A DNA stretch of 64,000 bases from Rhodanobacteraceae bacterium (GTDB taxonomy: Bacteria > Pseudomonadota > Gammaproteobacteria > Xanthomonadales > Rhodanobacteraceae). The position numbers and the translations under genes are program-made. This document shows, in pieces, positions 40,941-51,263 of the stretch (the stretch's first letter is position 1; every line of letters starts with the position of its first letter). The stretch is taken from contig DATEDI010000014.1 of NCBI GenBank assembly GCA_035281745.1, forward strand, positions 40,587 to 104,586, read 5' to 3'. The notes under the pieces are model-generated. The model was not told the origin of the DNA and did not search any database. It was given only the letters and a program-made list of their open reading frames with translations.

Positions 40941-41678
40941 GTGAAACTCAAGTTTCCATCCGGCCAGCGTCTGCTGATGATCTATTCCGGCGTGCTGACG
41001 CTGGTGTTCGCCGGGACCGTGCTGATGGGCGCGACGTCGAACGCGGGACGCGCGACGTTCGATGAAATCACCGTGCATCGGATCAACGTGGTCGAACCTG
41101 ACGGCACGCTGCGGATGGTGATTTCCAACGCCGCGAATTCCCCGGGGACGCCCATCAAGGGACACGATTACGGTCGCGCGGATCGCAAGATCGCCGGCAT
41201 CATCTTCATGAACGACGAAGGGACCGAGAACGGCGGCTTGATCTTCGGTGGCCGCAAAGGCAAGGATGGCAAAGTGTCAAGCCACGGACACCTCAGCTTC
41301 GACAATTACGACCAGGATCAAACCATGGTCATCCAGGCCAGTCAGGACGACACCGATCAAAAATCCGCATACATCCAGATCAACGACCAGCCCGCATGGG
41401 ACATCGAGGATCTTTTCAGGCTGGACGAGAAGAACCGTGACCTGCCGAAAGCCCAGCAAGAAGCCGAGGTACATCGGTTTTTCGAAACCCATCCTCGCGG
41501 TGCGCACCGCATTTACCTTGGCACCAAGGAGGATCACTCTTCGGAGCTGGCGTTGCGCGACGCCAAAGGCAGGACGCGCATCGCCGCCAAGGTGGCCGCC
41601 GACGGTAAACCCGTCCTGCAATTCCTCGACGCCGACGGCAAGGTGATCGAGCAATTTCCGCAGGCATCGGCGCACTGA
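40941..41678 (+). CDS. hypothetical membrane-anchored protein
   Basis: GTG 40941 with AAGGAG 8 nt upstream, one N-terminal TM segment. No recognised domain. Confidence 0.6.
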   Translation: MKLKFPSGQRLLMIYSGVLTLVFAGTVLMGATSNAGRATFDEITVHRINVVEPDGTLRMVISNAANSPGTPIKGHDYGRADRKIAGIIFMNDEGTENGGLIFGGRKGKDGKVSSHGHLSFDNYDQDQTMVIQASQDDTDQKSAYIQINDQPAWDIEDLFRLDEKNRDLPKAQQEAEVHRFFETHPRGAHRIYLGTKEDHSSELALRDAKGRTRIAAKVAADGKPVLQFLDADGKVIEQFPQASAH

Positions 41679-41759
41679 TTGAAACGTTGTGCTGCGTCGC
41701 TGTTACCATGCCGGCAACCGCGCATGGTGCGCGGATTCCACACGACATCAGGAACCGAC

Positions 41760-41948
41760 ATGGGCAAGGGCGACAAGAAGACACGCAAGGGCAAGATCTA
41801 CGCGGGCAGCCACGGCAACACCCGTCCGCACTCGCCGAAATCGAATGCGGCGGTAAAGGGCACGGCCGCCAGGACCCCCAAGCCGGCCGTCAAGGCTCCG
41901 GCCAAGAAGGCACCAGCCAAAAAGGCGCCGGCCAAGAAATCCGCGTAA
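41760..41948 (+). CDS. 30S ribosomal protein bTHX with a Lys/Ala/Pro-rich C-terminal extension
   Basis: The N-terminus MGKGDKKTRKGKIYAGSHGNTRP resembles Thermus THX (recollection). The tail contains AKKAP repeats. Confidence 0.7.
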   Translation: MGKGDKKTRKGKIYAGSHGNTRPHSPKSNAAVKGTAARTPKPAVKAPAKKAPAKKAPAKKSA

Positions 41949-41970
41949 ATTCTGCGTTCGAGCGTTTCAG

Positions 41971-41997
41971 AGGAAGGCCCCCGCGCGGGGCCTTCCT
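41971..41997. terminator. hairpin between convergent bTHX and hutI genes
   Basis: AGGAAGGCCCC-cgcgc-GGGGCCTTCCT. Confidence 0.6.
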
Positions 41998-42001
41998 TGT
42001 G

Positions 42002-43261
42002 TCAGGGGCAGGTCGAAACTTCGACGCCGCCCGCGAATACGCGCGGCGCGAGTGTGCCACCGATCCAGTAGGCGAGTTCGGCCGGGTGTTTCGCGTTCCA
42101 GACGACCACGTCCGCGCGTTGGCCTACTGCGAGGGTGCCGCGATCGCGCAAACCCAGCGCGCGCGCTGCATGAACGGTTGCGCCGCGCAAGGCTTCCTCG
42201 GGCGTCAGGCGGAACAAGGTGCAAGCCATGCTCATTGCGAGGCGCAACGAGCGCAGCGGTGAAGTACCGGGATTGAGGTCGGTCGCGACGGCCATCGCCA
42301 CGCCGTGTTCGCGCAACGCCTCGATGGGCGGCAGGCGCGTTTCGCGCAGCGCATAGAAACTGCCGGGCAGCAGCACTGCCGTGGTGCCGGCGCGTGCCAT
42401 AGCCATCACCGCATCAAGACCCGCGCACTCCAGATGATCCGCGGACAGGCCACCGAATTCCGCCGCGAGCGCTGCGCCGCCGAGGTCCGACAATTGATCG
42501 GCGTGCAGTTTCACCGGCAGGCCGAGCTCGCGGGCGCGGCTGAAACAGCGCCGCACTTCATCTGGCGTGAATGCGATGCCTTCGCAGAAGGCGTCGACTG
42601 CATCGGCCAGACCTTCGCGCACCACCGCCGGCAACCATTCGTCGCATACCGTCGCGACGTAATCCTCGCGGCGCTCCTTGAAATCCGGCGGCAGCGCATG
42701 CAGGCCGAGGAAGGTCGTGCGCACGGTGATGCCGAGTGCCTCGCCGATCCGGCGCGCGACGCGCAGCATTTTTGTTTCTGTGTCGAGGTCCAGTCCGTAG
42801 CCGGACTTGATTTCCAGCGTGGTCGCGCCGTCCCGAACCAGGCCCAGTGCACGCGGCAGCGACTGCTCGAACAGTTCGTCTTCGCTGGCTGCGCGGGTGG
42901 CGCGGACGCTGGAAAGAATGCCGCCGCCGGCGCGCGCGATGGCTTCGTAGCTTTCGCCGTTGAGCCGCATCTCGAATTCGTGGGCACGATCGCCGGCGAA
43001 CACCAGGTGCGTGTGGCAGTCGATGAGCCCCGGCGTGACCAGTGCGCCATGTACCGATTCGACGCGGCGCGCAAGATCGGCCGGCGCGCCGGGCAATGCA
43101 TCCATCGGACCGGCAAACGCGAGCTGGTCGCCGTGCCATGCGAGCGCAGCATGCTCGATCATGCCGTAGCCCGCGCCATCTGCAAGCGTCGCAAGCGTGC
43201 AATCGAGCAGCAAATGGTCCCAACGTTCGCCCGCGGAAGGAATGTCGCCTTGGGCGCTCAT
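42002..43261 (-). CDS. hutI: imidazolonepropionase
   Basis: GLIDCHTHLVFAG and an amidohydrolase fold. ATG 43261 overlaps the stop of the upstream gene (ATGA). Confidence 0.92.
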   Translation of the reverse strand: MSAQGDIPSAGERWDHLLLDCTLATLADGAGYGMIEHAALAWHGDQLAFAGPMDALPGAPADLARRVESVHGALVTPGLIDCHTHLVFAGDRAHEFEMRLNGESYEAIARAGGGILSSVRATRAASEDELFEQSLPRALGLVRDGATTLEIKSGYGLDLDTETKMLRVARRIGEALGITVRTTFLGLHALPPDFKERREDYVATVCDEWLPAVVREGLADAVDAFCEGIAFTPDEVRRCFSRARELGLPVKLHADQLSDLGGAALAAEFGGLSADHLECAGLDAVMAMARAGTTAVLLPGSFYALRETRLPPIEALREHGVAMAVATDLNPGTSPLRSLRLAMSMACTLFRLTPEEALRGATVHAARALGLRDRGTLAVGQRADVVVWNAKHPAELAYWIGGTLAPRVFAGGVEVSTCP

Positions 43262-44784
43262 CGTCTGGATGGCCATTGCAATTGGTAGAGATCGTGCCGG
43301 CGATCCCTGAGGTTCTGCACGGTGCCGTTGTTGCGCGCGCGTGCCAGATCCTCCAGTCGCAGATCGGCGAACAGCACCGTTTCGCTGTTGGGGGTGGAAT
43401 CGGCCGCGACGCCGTCGCGGGCGAAAGGAAAATCGCACGGCGTCAGGATGCAACTTTGCGCATACTGGATATCGAAGTTGTTGACGCCCGGCAGATTGCC
43501 GCAGTTGCCAGACAGCACCACGTAACATTGGTTCTCAATCGCGCGGGATTGCGCGCAATAGCGCACGCGCAGGTAGCCTTCGCGGGTATCGGTGCAGAAC
43601 GGCGTGAACAGGATCAACGCGCCTTGGTCGATCAGATGGCGCGCGACTTCCGGGAATTCGATGTCATAGCACACGGCGATCCCGATCGGGCCGCAATCAG
43701 TCGGAATGGTGCGCGCGGTGCTGCCGCCCTTGATGTTCCACAAGCTGCGCTCGCTCGGTGTGATGTGCAATTTCATCTGCTGGTGGATCGAGCCGTTGCG
43801 CAGGCACACGAAACAGATGTTGTGGATGTCGCCGTCGTCGCTCAGGGCAGGGTGGGTGCCGGCAATGATGTTGATGTTGCGGCGCACCGCGAGATCGCTG
43901 AACAGTTCCTTCACCCGCGGCGTGTATTCGGACAGCTTCAGGATCGAATCGACCGGCGATAGCGGCGCGTTTTCGATCGAGAGCAGTTGCAGCGTGATGA
44001 GCTCGGGGAACACCACGAAGTCGGCTTCGTAATTGGCAGCGATGTCGACGAAATATTCCACTTGGGTCGCGAACTCGTCGAAATTCTTGATGCGCCGCTG
44101 CTGGTACTGAACGGCGGCGAGGCGGATCACGTCCGGCAGCCGTTGCGTCACCGCGTGCGGGGGCATGTCCGGCTGATCCATCAGCCGCGGATTGCGCCAC
44201 ACCAGGTGCGCCGCATAACCCAGTGATTCGCGGTCGTAGGGAAGGTAGCCTTCGAGCAGGCGGATGACCTCGAAGCCGTTGCGCAACTGGAAACTCAAGG
44301 TCGGGTCGCGTTGACGGCCATGGATCACCGCCTTGAGGTAATCCTCCGGCGTGGTGTATTTGCCTGCGCGCTTGGCGAGGCCCGGCAGGCGTCCGCCGAA
44401 CACGATGCCGCGCAGACGCAACCGCTGGCACAATCGTTTGCGCGCGCTGTACAGGCGCCGGCCGATGCGCATGCCGCGGCAATCGGGGTCGACGCCGACG
44501 TCCATGCCGTACAACCAGTCGCCGTGCGGATCGTGGCGCGATGCGAAACCGCCGCCGGTGATTTCGGCCCAGCTGTGCGGGGCCATCGCCACCGCTTCGC
44601 TGATGCGGAAGGTCGCGCAGTAGCCGATCACGCGGTCGTCGTACACCGCCACGAATTGCCCTTCCGGAAAGTGCGCGAGCTGGCCGGCGACCATTTCCGG
44701 CGAGTAGCCGAAGCCCGGCCCGTACACGCGCTTGCCCAGCGCGACGATCTGCGGGATGTCATCGTCGACGGTGTTGCGCACCAT
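43258..44784 (-). CDS. bifunctional GNAT acetyltransferase / carbon-nitrogen hydrolase (nitrilase superfamily) protein
   Basis: N-terminal GNAT-like region. The C-terminal region has Glu (FPELI), Lys (MKLHITP) and Cys (AVCYDIEFPE) triad motifs. Start ATG 44784 (GTG 44817 is an alternative). Confidence 0.8.
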   Translation of the reverse strand: MVRNTVDDDIPQIVALGKRVYGPGFGYSPEMVAGQLAHFPEGQFVAVYDDRVIGYCATFRISEAVAMAPHSWAEITGGGFASRHDPHGDWLYGMDVGVDPDCRGMRIGRRLYSARKRLCQRLRLRGIVFGGRLPGLAKRAGKYTTPEDYLKAVIHGRQRDPTLSFQLRNGFEVIRLLEGYLPYDRESLGYAAHLVWRNPRLMDQPDMPPHAVTQRLPDVIRLAAVQYQQRRIKNFDEFATQVEYFVDIAANYEADFVVFPELITLQLLSIENAPLSPVDSILKLSEYTPRVKELFSDLAVRRNINIIAGTHPALSDDGDIHNICFVCLRNGSIHQQMKLHITPSERSLWNIKGGSTARTIPTDCGPIGIAVCYDIEFPEVARHLIDQGALILFTPFCTDTREGYLRVRYCAQSRAIENQCYVVLSGNCGNLPGVNNFDIQYAQSCILTPCDFPFARDGVAADSTPNSETVLFADLRLEDLARARNNGTVQNLRDRRHDLYQLQWPSRR

Positions 44785-44918
44785 CAACCGGGGCGTATGT
44801 TCGAGTGCGGTGCTCACGTAGACATTATGACGGCGACCGATCGGGCCATGGTGGTAGCGCTTGCGACGGGCGGCCGCTAGCCTTCGATTCGGTCCGGAAG
44901 CGCAAGCGGGAGCGGTGA

Positions 44919-46337
44919 ATGTTGCAAGCGGAATACCTGTGGATGCCGCACGAATGGCAGCGCGACGCGGCGGTCGGGCACGGCGTGGATACGGTGCGCG
45001 CGCACTTCGCCTTGGCCGGCATGCCGAACCTGCACTCGCACGCTTTCCAGCGCGCGATGGCGGGCCTGGCGGAGCGGCGCGGTCCCGGCGACGATTCGTT
45101 CTGGACGTGGCGCGAAGCGATGTACGCGTTCGCCTCGCGCATCGGCCCCGATCAATTGCAGGCGATCGCGGCACAGTTGTACGTCGAGATGCTGAAGGCG
45201 GGCTATACGCACGTCTGCGAGTTCCATTACCTGCACAACGCGCCCGATGGCAAGCCCTATGCCGACCCCGCAGCGATGTCGCGCGCGATCATCGCGGCCG
45301 CGCGCGAAGCCGGTATCGGATTGACGTTGCTGCCGGTGCTTTACATGACCGGCGGGTTCGACGGGCGAGCGCTGTCGGATCGGCAGAAGCGTTTTGGGTT
45401 GTCCGCCGATGCGTACCTTGAACTGGTGGAATCGCTGTGCGCGCTCGAATCGGACCGCGTGCGCGTGGGCGTCGCCCTGCATTCGCTGCGCGCGGTCCCC
45501 GAAACCGCGATGCGCGAGGTGCTGGCGGCCACAGCAGCTTTTTCCCCTCTCCCCCCGGGAGAGGGTGCCCCGGAGGGGCGGGTGAGGGTTTGGGCAGGGC
45601 GAGGTGAAATGGCTTTATCCGAACCCTCACCCCAATCCCTCTCCCGAAGGGAGAGGGGCTTGATGCCCATCCACATCCACATTGCCGAGCAGATCGGCGA
45701 AGTGCAGGATTGCCTCGGGATGCGCGGCGCGCGCCCGGTGCAATGGCTGTTCGACCACGCGGACGTCGACGGACGCTGGTGCCTGGTGCACGCGACGCAT
45801 CTGGATGATGCGGAGTTGCGGGCGATCGCGGCATCGGGCGCGGTGGCGGGGCTTTGCCCAACCACCGAGGCGAATCTGGGCGACGGCCTGTTCCCGCTAG
45901 CGAACTATCTCGATGCGCACGGTGCGCTCGGCATCGGTTCCGATTCGCACATCTCGGTGTCGCCGATCGAGGAATTGCGCTGGCTGGAATACGGGCAGCG
46001 GCTGGTGACACGCCATCGCAACATCGCGGCGCGTATGCCCGGTGCAAGCGTCGGCGAGGCGTTATGGGGCGCAGCACTGCAAGGCGGGCGCCGCGCGGCG
46101 GGCATTGCGGACGATGATGCCCGCGCGGATTTCATCGTGCTCGACGATGCTTCGCCGTTGCTCGCCGCACGCGACGAACGCAGTGTGATCGATGCGTTCC
46201 TGTTCGCGGGCAACGCGCCGCTCGTGCGTGACGTGATGGCGGGTGGCGAGTGGATGGTCCGGGATTTCCGGCACCGCGACGAAGCGCGAATCGCGGCGCG
46301 TTACCGCGAAACCGTCGAAGCACTCGCGGCCGGTTGA
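44919..46337 (+). CDS. hutF: formimidoylglutamate deiminase, carrying an in-frame repeat-derived insertion
   Basis: HSHAFQRAMAG, HSLRAV and HIHIAEQ amidohydrolase motifs. Residues ~209-248 are encoded by a palindromic repeat. Confidence 0.85.
   Translation: MLQAEYLWMPHEWQRDAAVGHGVDTVRAHFALAGMPNLHSHAFQRAMAGLAERRGPGDDSFWTWREAMYAFASRIGPDQLQAIAAQLYVEMLKAGYTHVCEFHYLHNAPDGKPYADPAAMSRAIIAAAREAGIGLTLLPVLYMTGGFDGRALSDRQKRFGLSADAYLELVESLCALESDRVRVGVALHSLRAVPETAMREVLAATAAFSPLPPGEGAPEGRVRVWAGRGEMALSEPSPQSLSRRERGLMPIHIHIAEQIGEVQDCLGMRGARPVQWLFDHADVDGRWCLVHATHLDDAELRAIAASGAVAGLCPTTEANLGDGLFPLANYLDAHGALGIGSDSHISVSPIEELRWLEYGQRLVTRHRNIAARMPGASVGEALWGAALQGGRRAAGIADDDARADFIVLDDASPLLAARDERSVIDAFLFAGNAPLVRDVMAGGEWMVRDFRHRDEARIAARYRETVEALAAG
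45544..45658. repeat. palindromic repeat element (CCCTCT..GGGAGAGG type) inside hutF
   Basis: CCCCTCTCCCCCCGGGAGAGGG ... GAGGGTTTGG ... CCGAACCCTC ... CCCTCTCCCGAAGGGAGAGGGG. Same family as the intergenic copy at 19371-19504. Confidence 0.65.
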
Positions 46338-47062
46338 TCCGCCGGTTCGGAGAAACGCAGGGACCGGAGCGCGTCGTCCATCACCTCGAACGCATGGGCG
46401 TCGGAGAACGGTGGCGTCGCGGGCGGGTCATAGACGGCCGGGTTCACACCGAACACCAGCAGGTCGATTGCGTAACACACACCGTCGTGGACGGTGCGAT
46501 AGGCGTGTACGTCCAGATGATGGCTCATCGCGGCGTCGGCGGCCTCGAAGGTCGTGAAGGTGGCGCCGCTGATGATGCGGGTCGCGACACTGCCGGGACG
46601 CACGGCGGTCGGCGGCGTGGTACAGCCGTGCACTTCCTTCGCGTCACGGCTCGCGCCGATCCGGATTTCGGCGTCGGTAATGTTGTTGGAGTCGGGCACG
46701 GACAATGCCACCACCGGTTGTCCGTGTGAATCCGGAGGCGCGAAGCTTTTCCACGCGCTGTTGGCCAGATAGCTCGACTGGAAATCACGCCTGACCGTCC
46801 AGCCAGACGGCACATCGATGCGGAAGTTCCAGGCCTCGCTCACGAATGCATTCGTGTGATCCGCTGCCGGGGCCGCGGATGCGTCAGTCGTCGCGGGTAT
46901 CGACGCCGCAGGACGAGGCATCTGCGTCTCGCTGTTGGCGCCATTCCTGCCCGAACAGGCTGCGATCAAGACACACGATGACAGCAACCACGCCAAGCGG
47001 GTGCCGGCTCGGGTCCGGCGTCCGCTGCACATCGATGGAAATGCCGCTCGCCGTCGCGTCAC
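46301..47062 (-). CDS. hypothetical lipoprotein
   Basis: Lipobox LIAAC. ATG 47062 overlaps the spy-like stop (ATGA). The 3' end overlaps the hutF 3' end by 37 nt. Confidence 0.6.
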   Translation of the reverse strand: MTRRRAAFPSMCSGRRTRAGTRLAWLLSSCVLIAACSGRNGANSETQMPRPAASIPATTDASAAPAADHTNAFVSEAWNFRIDVPSGWTVRRDFQSSYLANSAWKSFAPPDSHGQPVVALSVPDSNNITDAEIRIGASRDAKEVHGCTTPPTAVRPGSVATRIISGATFTTFEAADAAMSHHLDVHAYRTVHDGVCYAIDLLVFGVNPAVYDPPATPPFSDAHAFEVMDDALRSLRFSEPADQPAASASTVSR

Positions 47063-47595
47063 TGCGCCGCTGACGATGCCGGCGCGTTGCCGGAGCGCTT
47101 CTGCATGTGCGATTCACGCCACTGCTTCATCTTCGTTTGGTGTTGCGCGCGGAGAGTCGCATATTGCGTACGCTGCTCCGGGGTCAAGAGGTTGTAGATC
47201 TTGGTGCGCAATTCGGCTTGGCGCAGCACTTGCGCGTGCGCGGCATTGGACTCTGCCTGGGCGAGGTCGTTCGCCGCGCTCTGGTACGCGGAGCTGCCGG
47301 GGGTGGCATTGTCGAACGCCATCCGCTCCTGGCGCAGCGTCTGCATCTCGGGACGCGCCTGCTCGAAGTTCTGCTGGAACAACTGATGCACGCTGGTGCG
47401 TTGCGTGTCGCTCAGATTGAGCTGGTCGAGCAGCTTCATGTGGTGACCGTTCATGTGGTGCCCGCCGCGATGTTTGACGGGCTGCGACATGCCTGTGGCG
47501 GCGGTACCGGCCGACGGCGGTACCGCCGCAAAGGCAAGCGACGAGCAGGCGAGCGCCGTGACAAGCAAGGCGGAGCGGAAGATTGGTTTGTGCAT
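47059..47595 (-). CDS. Spy/CpxP/ZraP-family periplasmic chaperone
   Basis: Signal peptide, His-rich HRGGHHMNGHHM and two LTXXQ-type motifs (LSDTQ, LTPEQ). ATG 47595 with GAGGA upstream. Confidence 0.8.
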   Translation of the reverse strand: MHKPIFRSALLVTALACSSLAFAAVPPSAGTAATGMSQPVKHRGGHHMNGHHMKLLDQLNLSDTQRTSVHQLFQQNFEQARPEMQTLRQERMAFDNATPGSSAYQSAANDLAQAESNAAHAQVLRQAELRTKIYNLLTPEQRTQYATLRAQHQTKMKQWRESHMQKRSGNAPASSAAQ

Positions 47596-47769
47596 CGAGG
47601 TGTCCTCGGTGATGGTGGATGGATGGTCGCCGATCCGCGACGCGGGTTCGCTAAATTTGCGTGATGGCGTGCGGACGATATGGCGTGCAGTCAGCTTCGG
47701 CACGCACGGTGGAGGGACGTCCATAACCTCTCAACGCAGACAAGGGCGTTGCGTTGACACGCGTGCGCG

Positions 47770-48669
47770 TCATCCCATCCGCTGCTTCAGGAAATCGATG
47801 AAGACACGCAGCTTCGGCGGCATCTGGTAGCGGCTCGGGTAATAGAGATACAGGCCGTCATAGACGGGCAACCAGCGATCCAATGCGGTTTCCAGCCGTC
47901 CGTTGTCGAGGTCCGCCTGCAACGAGGGCGCGGGCACGTGGGTGAGGGCAATGCCACTGCATGCCGCAGCGCGTGCCAGCGCGTTGTCGTTGACGATCAG
48001 GTTGCCGCCGACCTCGATCTCGAACCAGTGTCCGCGCTTTGGCCCCGCCGGGTGCGCGAACTCCCAGTTGTAAAGCCCGCCGCTGGCGAAGCGGAATCGC
48101 GCGCAGTTGTGTTGCGACAAATCCCGCGGATGCGTCGGCTTTCCGTGGCGCTTGAAATACGCCGGCGAACCCGCCACCACCGACCGCATCGGCCCGCCCA
48201 GCGGCACCGCGATCATGTCCTTCTCAAGGCGTTCGCCCAACCGGATGCCGGCATCGAAGCCTTGCGCGACCAGGTCGGAAAGCGCGCTGTCGACGTTGAT
48301 CTCCAGCGTGATTTCGGGGTAGGCCGCGATGAATGCGGCAAGATGCGGTGCGAGCATCGACCCCATCGCGGCGGTGATGCGCAAGGTGCCGGCCGGGCGT
48401 TCGCCGTACTGGCGCGCGCTGTCCACTGCCTCGTCGATCACGCCCAGCGCCGGCGCGATGCGCTCGAGGAATGCGCGGCCGGCTTCGGTCAGGCCGACCC
48501 GTCGCGTGGTGCGCGCCAGCAGACGGACGCCGATCTGCCGTTCGAATTGCGCCAGCGTCTGGCTCAAGGCCGAGGCGGTCACGCCGATTTCGCGTCCCGC
48601 GCGGGTGAAGCTGCCGTGGCGCGCAATCAGCACGAAGGCGCGCAGGGCGGGGCTGTGATCGTGCTGCAT
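47770..48669 (-). CDS. LysR-family transcriptional regulator
   Basis: N-terminal HTH (FTRAGREIGVTASALSQ) and a LysR substrate-binding domain. Divergent from an aldo-keto reductase gene. Confidence 0.9.
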   Translation of the reverse strand: MQHDHSPALRAFVLIARHGSFTRAGREIGVTASALSQTLAQFERQIGVRLLARTTRRVGLTEAGRAFLERIAPALGVIDEAVDSARQYGERPAGTLRITAAMGSMLAPHLAAFIAAYPEITLEINVDSALSDLVAQGFDAGIRLGERLEKDMIAVPLGGPMRSVVAGSPAYFKRHGKPTHPRDLSQHNCARFRFASGGLYNWEFAHPAGPKRGHWFEIEVGGNLIVNDNALARAAACSGIALTHVPAPSLQADLDNGRLETALDRWLPVYDGLYLYYPSRYQMPPKLRVFIDFLKQRMG

Positions 48670-48770
48670 TGTTTAGCCCTGCTTGAAAGACCATCCAGAG
48701 GATCGGGATTTTTTCTGCGCTATGCAAGTCGCATACTTTGCGCCGTCCCGTTCAACGAAAGGAACTCACG

Positions 48771-49928
48771 ATGTCACTCGATCAATACTTCACGCTCGGC
48801 CGCTCCGGCCTGCGCATCAGCCGGCTCGCACTCGGCACCATGACCTTTGGTGACAGTTGGGGGTGGGGCGCCGACGCGAACGTTTCGCGTGGCATGTTCG
48901 ATCGCTACCTCGCCGCGGGTGGCAACTTCATCGATACCGCCGACCTTTACACCCATGGCGAAAGTGAAACACTGCTGGGCAAATTCATAGCCGACAGTGG
49001 ACATCGCGATCGCGTGGTGCTGGCCACCAAATTCAGCTACAACGCCGAAGCCGGCAACCCGAACGCCGGTGGCAACGGCTGCAAGAACATCGTGCGCGCG
49101 GTGGAAGGTTCATTGCGACGCCTCGACACCGACTTCATCGATCTATACCTGCTGCACACGTGGGACCGGATCACCCCGGCGGAAGAAGTGCTGCAGACGC
49201 TGGACGACCTTATCCGCGCGGGCAAGATCCGTTACGCCGGCCTCTCCGATGTGCCGGCCTGGTACGCCGCGCAGATCCAGACATTGGCGCGCGCCTCGCA
49301 CATGCACGACCTGGTGAACCTGCAACTGCAATACTCGCTGGTCGAACGCAACATCGAACGCGAATACGTGGACCTCGCGCAGGAATTCGGCTACGGCATC
49401 ACCGCGTGGAGCCCGCTTGGCATGGGCCTGTTGTCCGGCAAGTACCGGCCGTCGCAAGGCGGCGTGGACAGCCAAAGCGAAGGCCGGCTGGGCTTGTTCA
49501 GGCAAGGCGGCGTGCCGGCGCTCCAGGACAAGTTCACGCCACGCAACTTCGCGATCGTCGCAGCCGTCGAGAAAGCCGCGCGCGCCGAAGGCCTCAGCAT
49601 GGCACAGGTCGCGATCCAGTGGGCGGCGCGCCAGCCGGGCATCGGTTCGGTGATCCTGGGCGCGCGCACGCTGGAACAGTTCGACGACAATCTCGCCGCA
49701 TTGGACAAGCCATTGTCCGATGAAACGCTGCGCGCGCTCGACTCCGTGTCCGCGTTGCCGCCGCAATTCCCGTACAGTTTCTTCGATGCATCGCACCAGA
49801 TCGGCATGAACGGTGGCGTGGGCGTCGGCGACAAACCCGCGGGTTACGCGCGCCGGGTCTGGATCGATGCGGCACCGCCGCCGAATTTCGCGCCGGACGC
49901 CGCGACTCCCGAATCGCAGGTCGCGTGA
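48771..49928 (+). CDS. aldo/keto reductase
   Basis: LGTMTFG...IDTADLY AKR motifs. ATG 48771. Confidence 0.85.
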   Translation: MSLDQYFTLGRSGLRISRLALGTMTFGDSWGWGADANVSRGMFDRYLAAGGNFIDTADLYTHGESETLLGKFIADSGHRDRVVLATKFSYNAEAGNPNAGGNGCKNIVRAVEGSLRRLDTDFIDLYLLHTWDRITPAEEVLQTLDDLIRAGKIRYAGLSDVPAWYAAQIQTLARASHMHDLVNLQLQYSLVERNIEREYVDLAQEFGYGITAWSPLGMGLLSGKYRPSQGGVDSQSEGRLGLFRQGGVPALQDKFTPRNFAIVAAVEKAARAEGLSMAQVAIQWAARQPGIGSVILGARTLEQFDDNLAALDKPLSDETLRALDSVSALPPQFPYSFFDASHQIGMNGGVGVGDKPAGYARRVWIDAAPPPNFAPDAATPESQVA

Positions 49929-49975
49929 GACCATTCGTTTTGGACGAACCATTCAACAAGCATGGAGAACACCGC

Positions 49976-50965
<990 letters not shown>

Positions 50966-51067
50966 AGCGGCAGCATTCTGAACGTGGGTCGTTCGCACAA
51001 GGCCCGCGCGTCAACGCCGCGTCGCCACGATGCGTTCTACGTGACAACTCGATCACGGAGACGCGTC

Positions 51068-51244
51068 ATGAAACATCGTGCTTTCGCATTGCTCGTGCTG
51101 GCCGGCTTTTCCGGACTTGCGCTCGGCGGCTGCGTGGTCACGCCGCCGCGCGGCCGGGTGGTCGCGGTGGCGCCCGCGCGGGTCTGGGTGCCCGGCCACT
51201 GGCATGCCGGTTTGTGGGTTCGCGGGCATTGGCGGTACCGGTGA
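51068..51244 (+). CDS. small lipoprotein with WxxGxW-type repeats
   Basis: 58 aa with lipobox LGGC and the repeat GHWHAGLWVRGHWR. GGAGA upstream. Confidence 0.55.
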   Translation: MKHRAFALLVLAGFSGLALGGCVVTPPRGRVVAVAPARVWVPGHWHAGLWVRGHWRYR

Positions 51245-51263
51245 GCTGAAAAGGTAATCGTCC

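Noticed and set aside
41679-41759. A Zur half-site (GAAACGTT) upstream of the bTHX gene.
   Set aside because: Only one half-site with no palindromic partner; likely coincidence.
47596-47769. A CpxR box (GTAAA-N5-GTAAA) upstream of the Spy/CpxP-like gene.
   Set aside because: The best candidate, GCAAATTTAGCGAAC, deviates in both half-sites and is not convincing without data.
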